Assembly (NCBI GenBank): GCA_016125095.1
Contig: WGMK01000022.1
Location: forward strand, 37,897-101,896
Length of the DNA stretch: 64,000 nt
Reading direction: 5' to 3'
DNA from: Candidatus Hydrogenedens sp.
GTDB taxonomy: Bacteria; Hydrogenedentota; Hydrogenedentia; Hydrogenedentales; JAEUWI01
Positions 33,486 to 44,479 of the stretch are shown in pieces. Every line of letters starts with the position of its first letter. Positions within the stretch are counted from its first letter, which is position 1. The position numbers and the translations under genes are program-made. The notes beneath the pieces are model-generated. The model searched no databases and was not told the origin of the DNA. It saw only the letters and a program-made list of their open reading frames with translations.

Positions 33486-36112
33486 GCAACATCTTCCCGT
33501 GATGAGGCCGCGTCCACCAGGATCTCGCGGGCCTTGCTCCCCTCGTGCGGTCCGACAATCCCTCGCAGCTCCATCATGTCTATCAACCGCGCAGCACGAG
33601 TATAACCGACGCGCAGCCTCCGCTGCACCATCGATATCGAGGCCTGTCCGGTTTCTAACACGACCTGAACCGCTTCGTCAAACAAGGGATCGTCTTCGGC
33701 ATCGAGCTCCGCTAATTTCTCGGTATTCTTACCATAGTTAGCAATCTCGTCGCGGTATTGCGGCGGGGCCTGGCGCTTAAGGTGGGCAATCAGGGCGAAC
33801 ATTTCCTCGTCGCTGACGAAGGCGCCCTGAATGCGCATGGGCTTGGACTGGCCCGCCGGGAGATACAGCAGGTCGCCCATGCCAATCAGCTTCTCCGCGC
33901 CGATCTCGTCGAGGATGCAGCGGGAGTCGACGCGCGACGAGACCTGGAAGGAAACGCGCGCGGGGAAGTTGGCCTTGATGACGCCGGTGAGCACGTCCAC
34001 CGAGGGGCGCTGGGTGGCGATGATGAGGTGGATACCCACGGCGCGGGCGAGCTGGGCCAGGCGTGCGATGGAGTCTTCCACCTCGGAGCGGGCGAGCATC
34101 ATCAGGTCGGCAAGCTCGTCCACCACGCAGACGATGTAGGGCAGCTTGCGGATGGCGTCCACGTGCGCGTGGTCGTCGTCGCCGCCCTCGAGCGCGATTT
34201 CGCCGTTGTCCACGCTCTTGTTGTACACCTCGATGTTGCGCACGCGCAGCTCGGCGAAGAGCTTATAGCGCTCCTCCATTTCCTTGATGAGCCACTGCAG
34301 CGCCGTCGATGCCTTTTTGGGATCGACCACTACCGGGGTAATCAGGTGAGGAATGTCATTGAACACGGATAGCTCGACCATTTTCGGGTCGATGAGAATC
34401 AGCTGCAGTTCGTCGGGCGTGTGGGTGAAGAGCAGGCTCGCGAGCAGCGCCTTCACGCACACGGTCTTGCCGGCGCCAGTGGCACCGGCTACCAGCAGGT
34501 GCGGCATGCCCGCGAGGTCCGCGATCTGCACATCGCCCGCGATGTCCTTGCCCAGGCCGAGCTTCAACTTGCCGCTGCCCTTCTGAAACACCTTGCTCTC
34601 GAGCAGTTCCCGGATGAGTACGGCGTCGCGCTCGACGTTTGGCACTTCGATACCGACACGGCCCTTGCCGGGAATCGGCGCCTCGACGCGCACGCGGTGC
34701 GCCTTGAGCGCCAGCGCGATGTCGTCGGCGAGCGCGAGAAAGCGGCTCACCTTGATGCCAGGCGCGGGCTCGAGTTCGAAACGCGTGATCGTCGGGCCGC
34801 GCGTTACGTCCGTCACGCGCGCCTCAATGTTGAAGGTCTGCAGCGTTTCTTCCAGCACCACGCTCGTTTCCTGCAGCTGCTCGCGCAGGTTCGGAATGAT
34901 TGTGGGCGAGGGCTCTTCAAGGATGGAAATCGGCGGCTTGGAATAACGCTTGGGATACTTGAAGTCCGCCGGCACTTCGTCGATCTCAAGGTTCTTGCGC
35001 ACGGCGCGCGTGGCGCGCTTCTGCGACATTTCCCCCGCCGCGCTGCCAATGAGGCCGCTGGCCGCGCGTGCGGCGCGTGCCGGCGGCTCGGGCGCCGCGT
35101 AGGGTTCCTCGTCCGGCTCGTCTGCAACGAAATCGTCCTGAAAGTCCGGCTCTTCGTAGTCGGGCTCTTGGGCCTGCTCGTATGCTTCCTGGACGGGTTC
35201 ATCGAACGGGGCTTCGTCTGCCGCGCCATCGTCCATGCCGGGCACGGCGTCGAAGGGCGGCGTGTCGTCGATAGCGAGATCGGCCTGCTTCGGCGGTTCC
35301 GGCAGGGGTTCGCGGAATTCCAGTTCGCGCTGCTGCACGCGGATATTCACCGCAGGACGCACCAGCGGCTCGGGCGGCGCGGCCTCTTCAAATTCTTCTT
35401 CTGCCTCGGGTAGTTCGAAGGGGGAGTCCTCAGCGCGCGTCCGGAAGTTCGCGGCGAGACCGCGAGCGCCTTCGTACATCGCGGCGTTCCCGCGCGCGAC
35501 GCCGCGCACCATTTTGCCGCCCACGCCGAACACCTGAAGAATCAGGAGATCGGTGGTAAGCAGCACGCCGATGAGTACGAGAAATCCGGAGAGGATATTC
35601 GAGCCGGTGAATCCGAAGTAGGGCAGCAGCAGAAAGTCGACCATGAAGCCGCCGAATGCGCCGCCGGCCTTCAGGTTCGAGGCGCCCTCGCCCAGGATCA
35701 GTTGCAACGATCCGGCCACGCTGGCCGCCAGCAGCACCACACCCAGCGAGCGCGAAATCAGCCGGTCGAGGGGATTGTGGGTAATCAGGCGCAGGCCCCA
35801 GATAAACGTAATGAGATACAGCACGTGGGCGGCGTCGCCCATGAGAATCGCGAGGATCCCCGCCACGATGGCACCCGGCGCGCCGAGCAGGTTGGGCACC
35901 TGCGACATGCCGTCGAAGGGGCGGATGGCCTCTCCGCGCGATGCGAATCCATCGGTCACCAGGGCGAGAAACAGCACCGCGGTGATCAAGAGCATGACCA
36001 CCCCGGCCAGTTCGCACCGGCGTTCGAATGATAGGCCTTCGGAACGACTCACTGTACGCTTCTCACTTCCTATGTCACCAAAGCCTGACTCGGCCAGCAT
36101 ATCAGAAGCCAT
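33482..36112 (-). CDS. ftsK: DNA translocase FtsK/SpoIIIE
   Basis: N-terminal TM block. Walker A LLVAGATGAGKTV, Walker B VCVVDELADLMM, gamma wHTH ASISMVQRRLRVGYTRAARLID. Start MASDML chosen. Confidence 0.9.
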   Translation of the reverse strand: MASDMLAESGFGDIGSEKRTVSRSEGLSFERRCELAGVVMLLITAVLFLALVTDGFASRGEAIRPFDGMSQVPNLLGAPGAIVAGILAILMGDAAHVLYLITFIWGLRLITHNPLDRLISRSLGVVLLAASVAGSLQLILGEGASNLKAGGAFGGFMVDFLLLPYFGFTGSNILSGFLVLIGVLLTTDLLILQVFGVGGKMVRGVARGNAAMYEGARGLAANFRTRAEDSPFELPEAEEEFEEAAPPEPLVRPAVNIRVQQRELEFREPLPEPPKQADLAIDDTPPFDAVPGMDDGAADEAPFDEPVQEAYEQAQEPDYEEPDFQDDFVADEPDEEPYAAPEPPARAARAASGLIGSAAGEMSQKRATRAVRKNLEIDEVPADFKYPKRYSKPPISILEEPSPTIIPNLREQLQETSVVLEETLQTFNIEARVTDVTRGPTITRFELEPAPGIKVSRFLALADDIALALKAHRVRVEAPIPGKGRVGIEVPNVERDAVLIRELLESKVFQKGSGKLKLGLGKDIAGDVQIADLAGMPHLLVAGATGAGKTVCVKALLASLLFTHTPDELQLILIDPKMVELSVFNDIPHLITPVVVDPKKASTALQWLIKEMEERYKLFAELRVRNIEVYNKSVDNGEIALEGGDDDHAHVDAIRKLPYIVCVVDELADLMMLARSEVEDSIARLAQLARAVGIHLIIATQRPSVDVLTGVIKANFPARVSFQVSSRVDSRCILDEIGAEKLIGMGDLLYLPAGQSKPMRIQGAFVSDEEMFALIAHLKRQAPPQYRDEIANYGKNTEKLAELDAEDDPLFDEAVQVVLETGQASISMVQRRLRVGYTRAARLIDMMELRGIVGPHEGSKAREILVDAASSREDVA

Positions 36113-36225
36113 CCGGCTACGCAAGGGATATTCTTGCCAAAAACACAATATGTGGGCACATTTGTCGAAGTGCTTGGCTATATATAGGCAAGCGGCACAA
36201 TTTTGGATGCTCAAGGTGCGAACAA

Positions 36226-36275
36226 AGGCAAAAAGAAGACCGCCCCAGGTAAGCTATAGCTAACCTGAGGCGGTC
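36226..36275 (-). terminator. intrinsic terminator downstream of proS
   Basis: Hairpin GACCGCCCCAGG...CCTGAGGCGGTC (36238-36275), followed on the minus strand by TTCTTTTTG (36226-36237). Confidence 0.6.
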
Positions 36276-36298
36276 ATTTGATTTCGGCTATAAATCGA

Positions 36299-37726
36299 TC
36301 AGTACGACTGCGCAGCGACCACGCGGCCCTTGCAGGGGGCGCCGGTAATCATACAGGGACCTTCTTCGTCCGGGGCGTCGAAGGGGATGCAGCGGATGGT
36401 CGACTTGGTGTCGCCCTGCAAGCGCTCCTCCACTTTCGGGTCGGCGTGATTCAGGAACACGCGGAAGAAGCCGCCGCCCTTGATGCGCTCCTTGTACTCG
36501 TCGTAGCTGTCCACGGTGTGGGTGCTCGCCTCGGTGCGGTCCTTGGCGCGCTGGAACAAGTTGGCCTGAATGTCGTCGAGCATCTTCTCGAGGTTCTCGC
36601 GCAGGCCGTCGGCCGAGAGCGTCACCTTCTCGCCGGTGTCGCGGCGCACCGCCACCACCTGGTTGTTCTCCACGTCGCGCGGTCCGAGCTCAATGCGGAT
36701 CGGGATGCCCTTGAGCTCCCACTCGTTGAACTTGTAACCGGGCTTGTACTGATCGCGATCGTCGATCTTGTAGAAGAGCTTGTCCCAGCCCTCGGTGATG
36801 TGGCGGGCCTTGGCCAGCGTGAGTGCCATCTGGTCGTCGTCGCGCCAGATGGGCACGATAACCACGGGCACGGGCGCGAGGCGCGGCGGAATCACCAGGC
36901 CGCTGTCGTCACTGTGCGTCATGATCATGCCGCCGATGAGACGCGTCGACACGCCCCAGCTGGTGGCGTGCACATACTTGCGTTCCGAATCACGATCCTG
37001 GAACTGCACGTCGAAGGCCTTGGCGAAATTGGTGCCGAGGTGGTGGCTGGTGCCGGCCTGCAGGGCCTTGCCGTCCTGCATGAGCGCCTCGATGCAATAG
37101 GTGTGCAGCGCGCCCGCGAATTTTTCCTTGTCGGTCTTGCGGCCCACCAGCACCGGCATGGCGAGGAATTCCTCGGCGAAGCGGCGGTAGACCTGCACCA
37201 TGCGGTAGGCCTCTTCCTCGGCCTCCTCGTGCGTGGCGTGCGCGGTGTGGCCTTCCTGCCAGAGGAATTCCGTGGTGCGCAGGAATAGGCGCGTGCGCAT
37301 TTCCCAGCGGAGGACGTTGGCCCACTGGTTAATCAGCAGCGGCAGATCGCGGTAGGAACTGATCCAGTTACGGTACGAATCCCAGATGATGGTTTCCGAC
37401 GTGGGCCGCACCACGAGCGGCTCTTCCAGCTTCTTGCCGCCGCCATGGGTGACCACGGCGCACTCGGGCGCGAAGCCTTCCACGTGCTCGGCTTCCTTCT
37501 TCAGGAAGCTCTCGGGAATCAGCAGCGGGAAGTACGCGTTGACGTGGCCCGTCTCCTTGAACATCCGGTCCAGGTTCTGCTGGATCTTTTCCCAGATGCC
37601 GTAGCCGGTGGGCTTGATGACCATGCAGCCCTTCACGGGCGAATGCTCGGCCATGTCGGCCTGCTTCACCACGTCGATATACCATTGCGAATAATCTTTC
37701 GCGCGCTCGGTGATGCCTTTTGCCAT
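36299..37726 (-). CDS. proS: proline--tRNA ligase (archaeal/eukaryote-like type)
   Basis: Start [20 protein letters not shown]. Class II core. C-terminal zinc-type domain ending in AAQSY. 475 aa. Confidence 0.9.
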   Translation of the reverse strand: MAKGITERAKDYSQWYIDVVKQADMAEHSPVKGCMVIKPTGYGIWEKIQQNLDRMFKETGHVNAYFPLLIPESFLKKEAEHVEGFAPECAVVTHGGGKKLEEPLVVRPTSETIIWDSYRNWISSYRDLPLLINQWANVLRWEMRTRLFLRTTEFLWQEGHTAHATHEEAEEEAYRMVQVYRRFAEEFLAMPVLVGRKTDKEKFAGALHTYCIEALMQDGKALQAGTSHHLGTNFAKAFDVQFQDRDSERKYVHATSWGVSTRLIGGMIMTHSDDSGLVIPPRLAPVPVVIVPIWRDDDQMALTLAKARHITEGWDKLFYKIDDRDQYKPGYKFNEWELKGIPIRIELGPRDVENNQVVAVRRDTGEKVTLSADGLRENLEKMLDDIQANLFQRAKDRTEASTHTVDSYDEYKERIKGGGFFRVFLNHADPKVEERLQGDTKSTIRCIPFDAPDEEGPCMITGAPCKGRVVAAQSY

Positions 37727-37927
37727 GTTGCGTCGTTCCTGCCTTGCGGCCTGTTGCGGATACACCCCGCCCGGCAAACGAATACAAGGATATCCCGAGC
37801 GAGGAAGGAGAATGCCCGGCATCATAGCACACGCGCCGTCTGCCATCCACGCGGCAACCAAAGTGCGTATATTGGGTATAAAAGGAGAGTGCGCTGCAGA
37901 AGTCTCAAGCGGCGCGAGGAGACAGAC

Positions 37928-38515
37928 ATGACCCGCATCGACATCCCCATTCTGACGGGCGCGCGCTGTACCCTCCGTGGGTATCGGCCGGACGATGCGC
38001 CGTCGCTGGCGGCGCATGCGGACAACCGTGCCATCTGGCGCAACCTACTCGACATCTTCCCGTCGCCGTATACGCTCGCCGACGCCGAGCGGTGGGTGAA
38101 CCATTGCCAGACGAACGACGACGGGCAGGCGCACTTCGCCATCGAGGTCGAGGGCGCTTGCGCGGGCAATTTCACACTGCGTCCGCCCGACAGCGGCAAC
38201 CAGGACTTTCTCGAGCTGGGCTATTGGCTCGGCGAGGCGCACTGGGGCCGCGGCGTGATGACGGAGGCCGTGGCGCTCGGCATGGACTTCGCCTTCGCGC
38301 AGCTCGACTGCCGGCGCATCGAGGCCCGCGCCTACGGCTGGGCCGTGGGCTCGCAGCGGGTGCTGGAAAAGTGCGGCTTTACCCTCGAGGGTCGGCTCCG
38401 CAACCGCATGTTCAAGGATGGCGAACTGACCGACCAGTGCGTGTACGGCATCCTGCGGTGCGAGTGGCTGGCCCGGAAATACCAGCTGCACGCGACCTTC
38501 GCGGCGGCGTCTTAG
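37928..38515 (+). CDS. GNAT family N-acetyltransferase (RimJ/RimL-like)
   Basis: [21 protein letters not shown] and [17 protein letters not shown] motifs. Start MTRIDIPIL. Confidence 0.85.
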   Translation: MTRIDIPILTGARCTLRGYRPDDAPSLAAHADNRAIWRNLLDIFPSPYTLADAERWVNHCQTNDDGQAHFAIEVEGACAGNFTLRPPDSGNQDFLELGYWLGEAHWGRGVMTEAVALGMDFAFAQLDCRRIEARAYGWAVGSQRVLEKCGFTLEGRLRNRMFKDGELTDQCVYGILRCEWLARKYQLHATFAAAS

Positions 38516-38627
38516 CACTATTCGCCGCCGAATCGACTCCGCTACCCCCTTGCTGAAACATCTCGCACCAGCGCGCGGTCTTCTTGCAGGTGACTTCGCG
38601 GGTGCGGGGTGTTAGGATAATCCGGAT

Positions 38628-41555
38628 ATGCGGGCTTTACTTGATATGAACGCGCGCGCGGGCACGGCGTGTGTGGCTGGCTTCCTCCTGATGACCATGG
38701 CCACTGCGGGTGCGTCTGCCGATGCCGGGCTGGATTATTTCACGCAGCAGGTGCAGCCGATTCTGGCGGAGCATTGCCTCAAATGCCACGGCGGCGGCGA
38801 GGGCCGGCCCAAGGGCGGGCTCGACATGATGTCGCGCGCCGCGCTGCTCGACAGCGGCGTCGTGGACTTGGCAGACGCTGCCGCCAGCGAATTGCTCGAC
38901 ATGGTGAGCTACCGCGATCCCGACCACGAGATGCCGCCGACTGGGCGACTGCCGCAGGAATCCATCGACACGCTCGCGGCGTGGCTGGCGCAGGGCGCGC
39001 CCATGCCCGATCAGCTCGATCCGGCCATCGTGCCCAAGGAAGCGGGCAGCGCGCACTACAACACCGAGATTAACGACGAGACGCGCAACTGGTGGGCGTA
39101 TCGTCCCATCGAGCGGCCGGCTCCCCCCGAGGTGGACAACCCCGCGTGGGCGAAGCACCCGATCGATCACTTCATCTTTTCCAAGGCGGCGGACCACGGG
39201 CTGACCCCCAATGGCCTGGCCGACAAGCGCGCGCTGATCCGCCGGGCCACGTACGACCTCACGGGCCTGCCGCCCACGCCGGAAGAGGTCGAGGCTTTCG
39301 CAAGCGATGCATCGCCCGATGCGTATCCGAAGCTGATCGACCGGCTGCTGGATTCGCCGCACTACGGCGAGCAGTGGGGCCGGCACTGGCTGGACCTGGT
39401 GCGCTACGCCGAGACCAACGGCTACGAGCGCGACAGCGCGAAGCCGTACATGTGGCGCTACCGCGACTACGTGATCAACGCCTTCAATGCGGACAAACCC
39501 TACGATCGCTTTGTGCAGGAGCAGCTCGCGGGCGATGAACTCGCCGATGGCGGCCCCGAGGGTATCGTGGCGACGGGCTATTACCGGCTGGGCATCTGGG
39601 ACGACGAGCCGGTGGACAAGCTGCAGGGACGCTTCGACAACCTGGACGGCATTGTCGACACGACCTCGCAGGTGTTCCTCGGAATCACGATGGGCTGTGC
39701 ACGGTGCCATGACCACAAGATCGACCCGGTGCCGCAGGCGGACTACTACCGCATGCAGGCCTTCTTCCAGAACATCACCGAGATGCACACGACGAACATC
39801 ACGCGGAGCATCCTCGCGCCGGGGGAACAGTCTGCCTTCGACGAGGCGGTGAAGGATCACCAGCGCGATATCGCCCGGACCGAACGACGCATCCGCGATC
39901 TCGAGCGCGAGTTCGCCAAGGCGCTGTTCGAGAAAGATCCTGCGGCATCGGGCAACGCGCACGTGTCGGACATGACCGACGTGCGCTACCGCTTCTACCG
40001 CGACACCTATCGCGAGCTGCCGGATTTCGACAACCTGAAGTTCGAGGACGAAGGGCGCGCCTTCAACGATTTCTTCGACCTCGAACCGGCCACGCGCAAC
40101 GACTTCTTCGGCTTCGTGTTCGAGGGCACGCTGCACGTGCCCGAGGACGGCAGTTACACCTTTTACCTGGACGGCGACGACGGCATCCGGCTGCCGCTGG
40201 ACGGCGAGAAGCTGGCCGAGCGCGACGGGCTGCACGGCACGGGCGACGAGCAATCCGCCACGCGCGAGCTGACCGCCGGGGCGCATCCCATCCGCCTCGA
40301 ATATTTCCAGTTCGACAAGGGCATGGCGCTCTACGCCGCTTGGTCGGGTCCGGGATTCGAACGGCGGCTGCTGTCGAACGAACGCAAGCTGCTCGACATT
40401 CCCGCGGAATTCGCGAAGCGCGCGGGAGAAGTGCTCGGCGAATCGGCCGCGAAGAAGCACGACTTCCTCGTGCAGAAACTCGAGCGCGAAAAGGCGCAGG
40501 AAGTGCCCGGCGGCAAATACGCGGCCTGCGTGGCCGAGAACGGACCCAACGCGCCCGACACCTTCGTCCACATGCGCGGCAATCCGCACGTCGAGGGCGA
40601 CCAGGTGCAGCCGGGCTTTCCGCAGGTGCTCGGCTTTCCCGACCCCGAGATTGCCCCTGCCTCGGATTCGCCCACCTCGCGGCGCCGTATCGCGCTGGCG
40701 CGCTGGATAACCGACCCGGGCAATCCACTCACGGCGCGCGTGATGGCGAACCGGCTGTGGCAGTTCCACTTCGGGCGCGGCATCGTCGAGTCGTCGAACG
40801 ACTTCGGCCAGGCGGGCATCCTGCCGACGCACCCGGAGCTGCTCGACTGGCTGGCCGCGGAACTGATGGACGGCGGCTGGACGCTCAAGCGCATGCACCG
40901 CATGATCATGCTGTCGCACGCCTACCAGATGTCGTCCGCAGGCAACGAGGCAAACCTCGCCAAGGACCCCGACAACCGCTACCTCTGGCGCTACGACATG
41001 CGCCGCCTGACGGCCGAGGAACTGCGCGACAGCATCCTCGCGGCGAACGGCGCGCTGAACCCGGAGCTGGGCGGCCCGAGCGTGTATCCGCCCATGCCGC
41101 GCGCGGTGCTCGAGACCTCTTCGCGGCCGGACGAGGCCTGGGGCAAGTCAGACCCCGAGGACTACACGCGCCGCAGTGTGTACATCCACGTGAAACGCTC
41201 ACTGCTGCATCCGCTGCTGCAGAACTTCGACTTCGCCGACACGGACAGTTCCTGCCCGGTGCGCTTTGCCACGGTGCTGCCCACGCAGGCGCTCGACCTG
41301 ATGAACAGCGACTTCGCGCACGAGCAGGCGGCGGTGTTCGCGCAACGGCTGAAGGCCGAGGCCGACACCCCGCGCGAGCAGGTGGCGCGCGCGCTCGAAC
41401 TGGTCACCAGCCGTCCCCCGGACGAGCGCGAAATCGCGCTGGGGCTGGGCTATATGGAAGAGATGGAAAACACCTTCGGACGCGACGAGGACGCCGCCCT
41501 GCAGCGGCTGGCCCTGCTGATGTTCAACATCAACGAGTTCGTTTTTCTCGACTAG
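38628..41555 (+). CDS. PSCyt/DUF1549/DUF1553 protein with PA14-like insert
   Basis: CLKCHGG haem motif, DUF1549-like HPIDHFIFSK, DUF1553-like CARCHDHKIDP. A PA14-like segment FEGTLHVPEDGSYTFYLDGDDG. Confidence 0.85.
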   Translation: MRALLDMNARAGTACVAGFLLMTMATAGASADAGLDYFTQQVQPILAEHCLKCHGGGEGRPKGGLDMMSRAALLDSGVVDLADAAASELLDMVSYRDPDHEMPPTGRLPQESIDTLAAWLAQGAPMPDQLDPAIVPKEAGSAHYNTEINDETRNWWAYRPIERPAPPEVDNPAWAKHPIDHFIFSKAADHGLTPNGLADKRALIRRATYDLTGLPPTPEEVEAFASDASPDAYPKLIDRLLDSPHYGEQWGRHWLDLVRYAETNGYERDSAKPYMWRYRDYVINAFNADKPYDRFVQEQLAGDELADGGPEGIVATGYYRLGIWDDEPVDKLQGRFDNLDGIVDTTSQVFLGITMGCARCHDHKIDPVPQADYYRMQAFFQNITEMHTTNITRSILAPGEQSAFDEAVKDHQRDIARTERRIRDLEREFAKALFEKDPAASGNAHVSDMTDVRYRFYRDTYRELPDFDNLKFEDEGRAFNDFFDLEPATRNDFFGFVFEGTLHVPEDGSYTFYLDGDDGIRLPLDGEKLAERDGLHGTGDEQSATRELTAGAHPIRLEYFQFDKGMALYAAWSGPGFERRLLSNERKLLDIPAEFAKRAGEVLGESAAKKHDFLVQKLEREKAQEVPGGKYAACVAENGPNAPDTFVHMRGNPHVEGDQVQPGFPQVLGFPDPEIAPASDSPTSRRRIALARWITDPGNPLTARVMANRLWQFHFGRGIVESSNDFGQAGILPTHPELLDWLAAELMDGGWTLKRMHRMIMLSHAYQMSSAGNEANLAKDPDNRYLWRYDMRRLTAEELRDSILAANGALNPELGGPSVYPPMPRAVLETSSRPDEAWGKSDPEDYTRRSVYIHVKRSLLHPLLQNFDFADTDSSCPVRFATVLPTQALDLMNSDFAHEQAAVFAQRLKAEADTPREQVARALELVTSRPPDEREIALGLGYMEEMENTFGRDEDAALQRLALLMFNINEFVFLD

Positions 41556-41568
41556 GCACGGGAGCACG

Positions 41569-43041
41569 ATGATGTCAGACAGACCCCGGAATACCTTTTG
41601 CGGCCGCACGCGCCGCGAGTTCCTGCGCACCATGGGCGGTGGCTTCACGTCGCTCGCGCTCACCGGCATGCTCTCGGTCGATGGCTTCCTATCCAGCCAG
41701 GCGTTCGCCTCGGACGGTATCACCCCCTTCGTGAATCCGCTGGCACCCAAGCCCGGCGTACTGCCCGGTAAGGCCAAGCGCGTCATCTTCCTGTTCATGT
41801 ACGGCGGCCCGAGCCATATCGATACCTTCGACTACAAGCCCAAGATGTACGGGCTGGACGGCAAGACGATTCAGGTGAAGACCTTTGGACGCGGCGGCAA
41901 GAAGAACGAAGGTCGCATCGTGGGGCCGAAGTGGAAGTTCCGGCAGTACGGCCAGAGCGGCGCATGGGTATCGGAGCTGTTCCCGCACGTGGGCACCTGC
42001 GCCGACGACATCGCCTTCATCAAGTCGATGACCGCCGACTCCCCCATCCACGGCTCGGCGATGCTGATGATGAACGCAGGCCGCATCCTCAGCGGACACC
42101 CCTCGCTCGGCTCGTGGTTGAACTACGGCCTCGGCTCGGTGAACGAAAACCTGCCGGGCTACGTGGTGATGCTCGACAAGACTGGCGGCCCCATCAGCGG
42201 CGCGAAGAACTGGAGCAGCGGCTACATGCCCGCGAGCTACGGCGCCACGGTGTTCCGCCCCAAGGGCGAGCCGATCATGAACCTGAAGCCCTACGGCGAC
42301 ATGAGCGAGGCCGAACAGCGCGCCATGCTCGACCGGCTGCGGCATTTCAACGAAGGCCATTTGGCCGCGCGCGTGGATAACTCCGACCTCGCGGCGCGCA
42401 TCGCCAGCTACGAGCTCGCCTTCAAGATGCAGTCCACCGCGCCCGAGGCGGTGGATATCGACAACGAGCCGGAGCACGTGAAGGATCTCTACGGCATCGG
42501 CCACGACCGCACCGATGACTTCGGGCGCAAGTGCCTGCTGGCGCGGCGGCTGGCGGAGCGCGGCGTGCGCTACATCCAGATCTATTCCGGCGGCTCGCAC
42601 AACGACGACAACTGGGACGCCCACGGCGACCTCGTGAAGAACCACGAGTACCACGCGGGCAACGCCGACAAGCCGATTGCCGGGCTGCTGAAAGACCTGA
42701 AGCAGCGCGGCCTGCTGGAAGAAACGCTGGTGGTGTGGGGCGGCGAATTCGGACGCCAGCCCACGGCCGAGTACGCAGAGGGCACCGGGCGCGATCACAA
42801 CGCCATGGGCTTCACCATGTGGATGGCGGGTGGCGGCATCAAGGGCGGTATCAGCGTCGGCCAGACCGACGAACTCGGCAGCAAGGCCGTCGAGAACCGC
42901 TATCAGGTGAAGCACCTGCACGCCACGATCCTGGAACTCATGGGGCTCGACCCCAACGGCCTCAGCTATTTCTACAACGGCCTCGACCAGAAGCTGGTGG
43001 GGGTGGAAGGCGCAGAGCCCATCTACCAGATCATGGCGTAG
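41569..43041 (+). CDS. DUF1501 (sulfatase-like) protein with Tat signal
   Basis: RTRREFLRTMGGGFTSLAL Tat motif. The usual partner of DUF1553 proteins. Confidence 0.85.
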   Translation: MMSDRPRNTFCGRTRREFLRTMGGGFTSLALTGMLSVDGFLSSQAFASDGITPFVNPLAPKPGVLPGKAKRVIFLFMYGGPSHIDTFDYKPKMYGLDGKTIQVKTFGRGGKKNEGRIVGPKWKFRQYGQSGAWVSELFPHVGTCADDIAFIKSMTADSPIHGSAMLMMNAGRILSGHPSLGSWLNYGLGSVNENLPGYVVMLDKTGGPISGAKNWSSGYMPASYGATVFRPKGEPIMNLKPYGDMSEAEQRAMLDRLRHFNEGHLAARVDNSDLAARIASYELAFKMQSTAPEAVDIDNEPEHVKDLYGIGHDRTDDFGRKCLLARRLAERGVRYIQIYSGGSHNDDNWDAHGDLVKNHEYHAGNADKPIAGLLKDLKQRGLLEETLVVWGGEFGRQPTAEYAEGTGRDHNAMGFTMWMAGGGIKGGISVGQTDELGSKAVENRYQVKHLHATILELMGLDPNGLSYFYNGLDQKLVGVEGAEPIYQIMA

Positions 43042-43127
43042 CGCCGCCGGTCAACGTACGAACGCGGGTGCGCGTTCCCCCCAAGGTATCGGCACCGGGC
43101 GTGCTGCGTCATTATTGGAGATCTACC

Positions 43128-44054
43128 ATGTCCATCCGTTTCATCGTTGTGCTGCTGCTGGCGGCGTGTTGCGCCGCGCAGGCCCAGAAGCCCACGTTCA
43201 CCGACCTGCAATACGGCCCGCACGAGCGTCAGAAGCTCGACTTTTGGAGCGCCGACACCAAGGAGCCCGCGCCGCTCGTCATCTATGTGCATGGCGGCGG
43301 GTTCGAGCACGGCGACAAGTCTCGCGCGACCGAAGGGCGCAATGGCAGCGATGTCAAAGACTGTCTGCGGAACGACGTTTCCTTCGCGTCCATCAACTAC
43401 CGCTTTCTGGACGACGCGCCGCTGCAAGACATTGTGACCGACACCGCGCGCGCCATTCAGTATCTCCGCAGCCGCGCGGCCGACCTGAATATCGACAAGA
43501 ACCGCATCGGGCTCTACGGCGAATCGGCGGGTGCGGGATCCTCACTCTGGGTGGGACTGCACGACGACCTGGCCGACCCGGCCAGTAGCGATCCCGTCGC
43601 ACGGGAGTCCACGCGGGTCGCGGCCATCGGCGCGCTCGCGCCGCAGTCCACCTACGACTTCGCGCAATGGCCGAGCCTGTTCGGACTGAACGACAACATC
43701 TGGTACCTCAGCGCTGTGTATGTCGGACCCCGGTATTACCGGCTCGACACCAGCAAACTGAAGAAGCCAGAGGGCGAAGAGACGCGGAAGCGCCTTGATA
43801 TGCTCGCGCTTATCACGCCCGACGACCCGCCCGTGTTCGTGCGTTGCTATCAGGACGATACCGAGGTGAGCACGTGGGACGACATGCTCCACCATCCGCG
43901 CCACGCCGAGGTGCTGCAAGAACGGCTGGAGGCCGCAGGAATCGAAAACGTGGTGGTACTCAAGGACATGCCCAAGAGCCAGAAGTCCGAAGCCGTCGAC
44001 TTCCTCATGCAGCACCTCAAGGCTCCGCGCGAAACTACCGCAGCCGTTCGCTGA
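43128..44054 (+). CDS. secreted alpha/beta hydrolase (esterase)
   Basis: Signal MSIRFIVVLLLAACCAAQA. VIYVHGGGFEHGD and GESAGAGSSLW (GxSxG). Confidence 0.85.
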   Translation: MSIRFIVVLLLAACCAAQAQKPTFTDLQYGPHERQKLDFWSADTKEPAPLVIYVHGGGFEHGDKSRATEGRNGSDVKDCLRNDVSFASINYRFLDDAPLQDIVTDTARAIQYLRSRAADLNIDKNRIGLYGESAGAGSSLWVGLHDDLADPASSDPVARESTRVAAIGALAPQSTYDFAQWPSLFGLNDNIWYLSAVYVGPRYYRLDTSKLKKPEGEETRKRLDMLALITPDDPPVFVRCYQDDTEVSTWDDMLHHPRHAEVLQERLEAAGIENVVVLKDMPKSQKSEAVDFLMQHLKAPRETTAAVR

Positions 44055-44062
44055 GCGCGGCG
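44035..44062 (+). repeat. direct repeat copy 1 (left boundary of inserted cassette)
   Basis: CTACCGCAGCCGTTCGCTGAG is identical at 44035-44055 and 44970-44990. It extends to 28 bp with one mismatch. Confidence 0.9.
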
Positions 44063-44479
44063 CTATACCCGCTGCGTGGCAGGAAGCTGGCAGGCCGCCT
44101 CCGCGTAGCCCAGCTTCCGCTTCTGTGTCTCTGGACGCTTCGTGTACGAACTGAAGAGCATCATGCTCAACTCGACTGCGGCGACCTCGTCCTGGTCCAA
44201 GGCTGTACGAATACGGGCAACGTCGTAACCGAATTCGTTCAAGAGTGCATGAATCCCTTTCAACTGGAATCCAATCGCGCGGTTGTCCAAGGCGGAGCGG
44301 TACAGTGTGAGGTATTCATCAATACGATCCGCCACGACACCCTCGTTGACCGTGATAAACATCACACAATCGCCGTGGGCGTTATACCAGGGCGCCCCAA
44401 TCCGATCGGTCGATTCCCAATCAGGTTCCTGCTTCAACTCTTCCACGTAAGCATCTAGGAAATGGGGTTCGCGGTCCAT
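44063..44479 (-). CDS. hypothetical protein, candidate antitoxin/immunity partner
   Basis: Start MDREPHFL with GGAGG 6 nt upstream. It overlaps the 3' end of the upstream gene by 25 nt. 138 aa. Confidence 0.6.
   Translation of the reverse strand: MDREPHFLDAYVEELKQEPDWESTDRIGAPWYNAHGDCVMFITVNEGVVADRIDEYLTLYRSALDNRAIGFQLKGIHALLNEFGYDVARIRTALDQDEVAAVELSMMLFSSYTKRPETQKRKLGYAEAACQLPATQRV

Noticed and set aside
42531-44054. 507-aa ORF suggesting a long N-terminal extension of the esterase
   Set aside because: The first ~199 codons are an out-of-frame read-through of the DUF1501 gene. The genuine start is ATG 43128, which gives a signal peptide and is preceded by GGAG.
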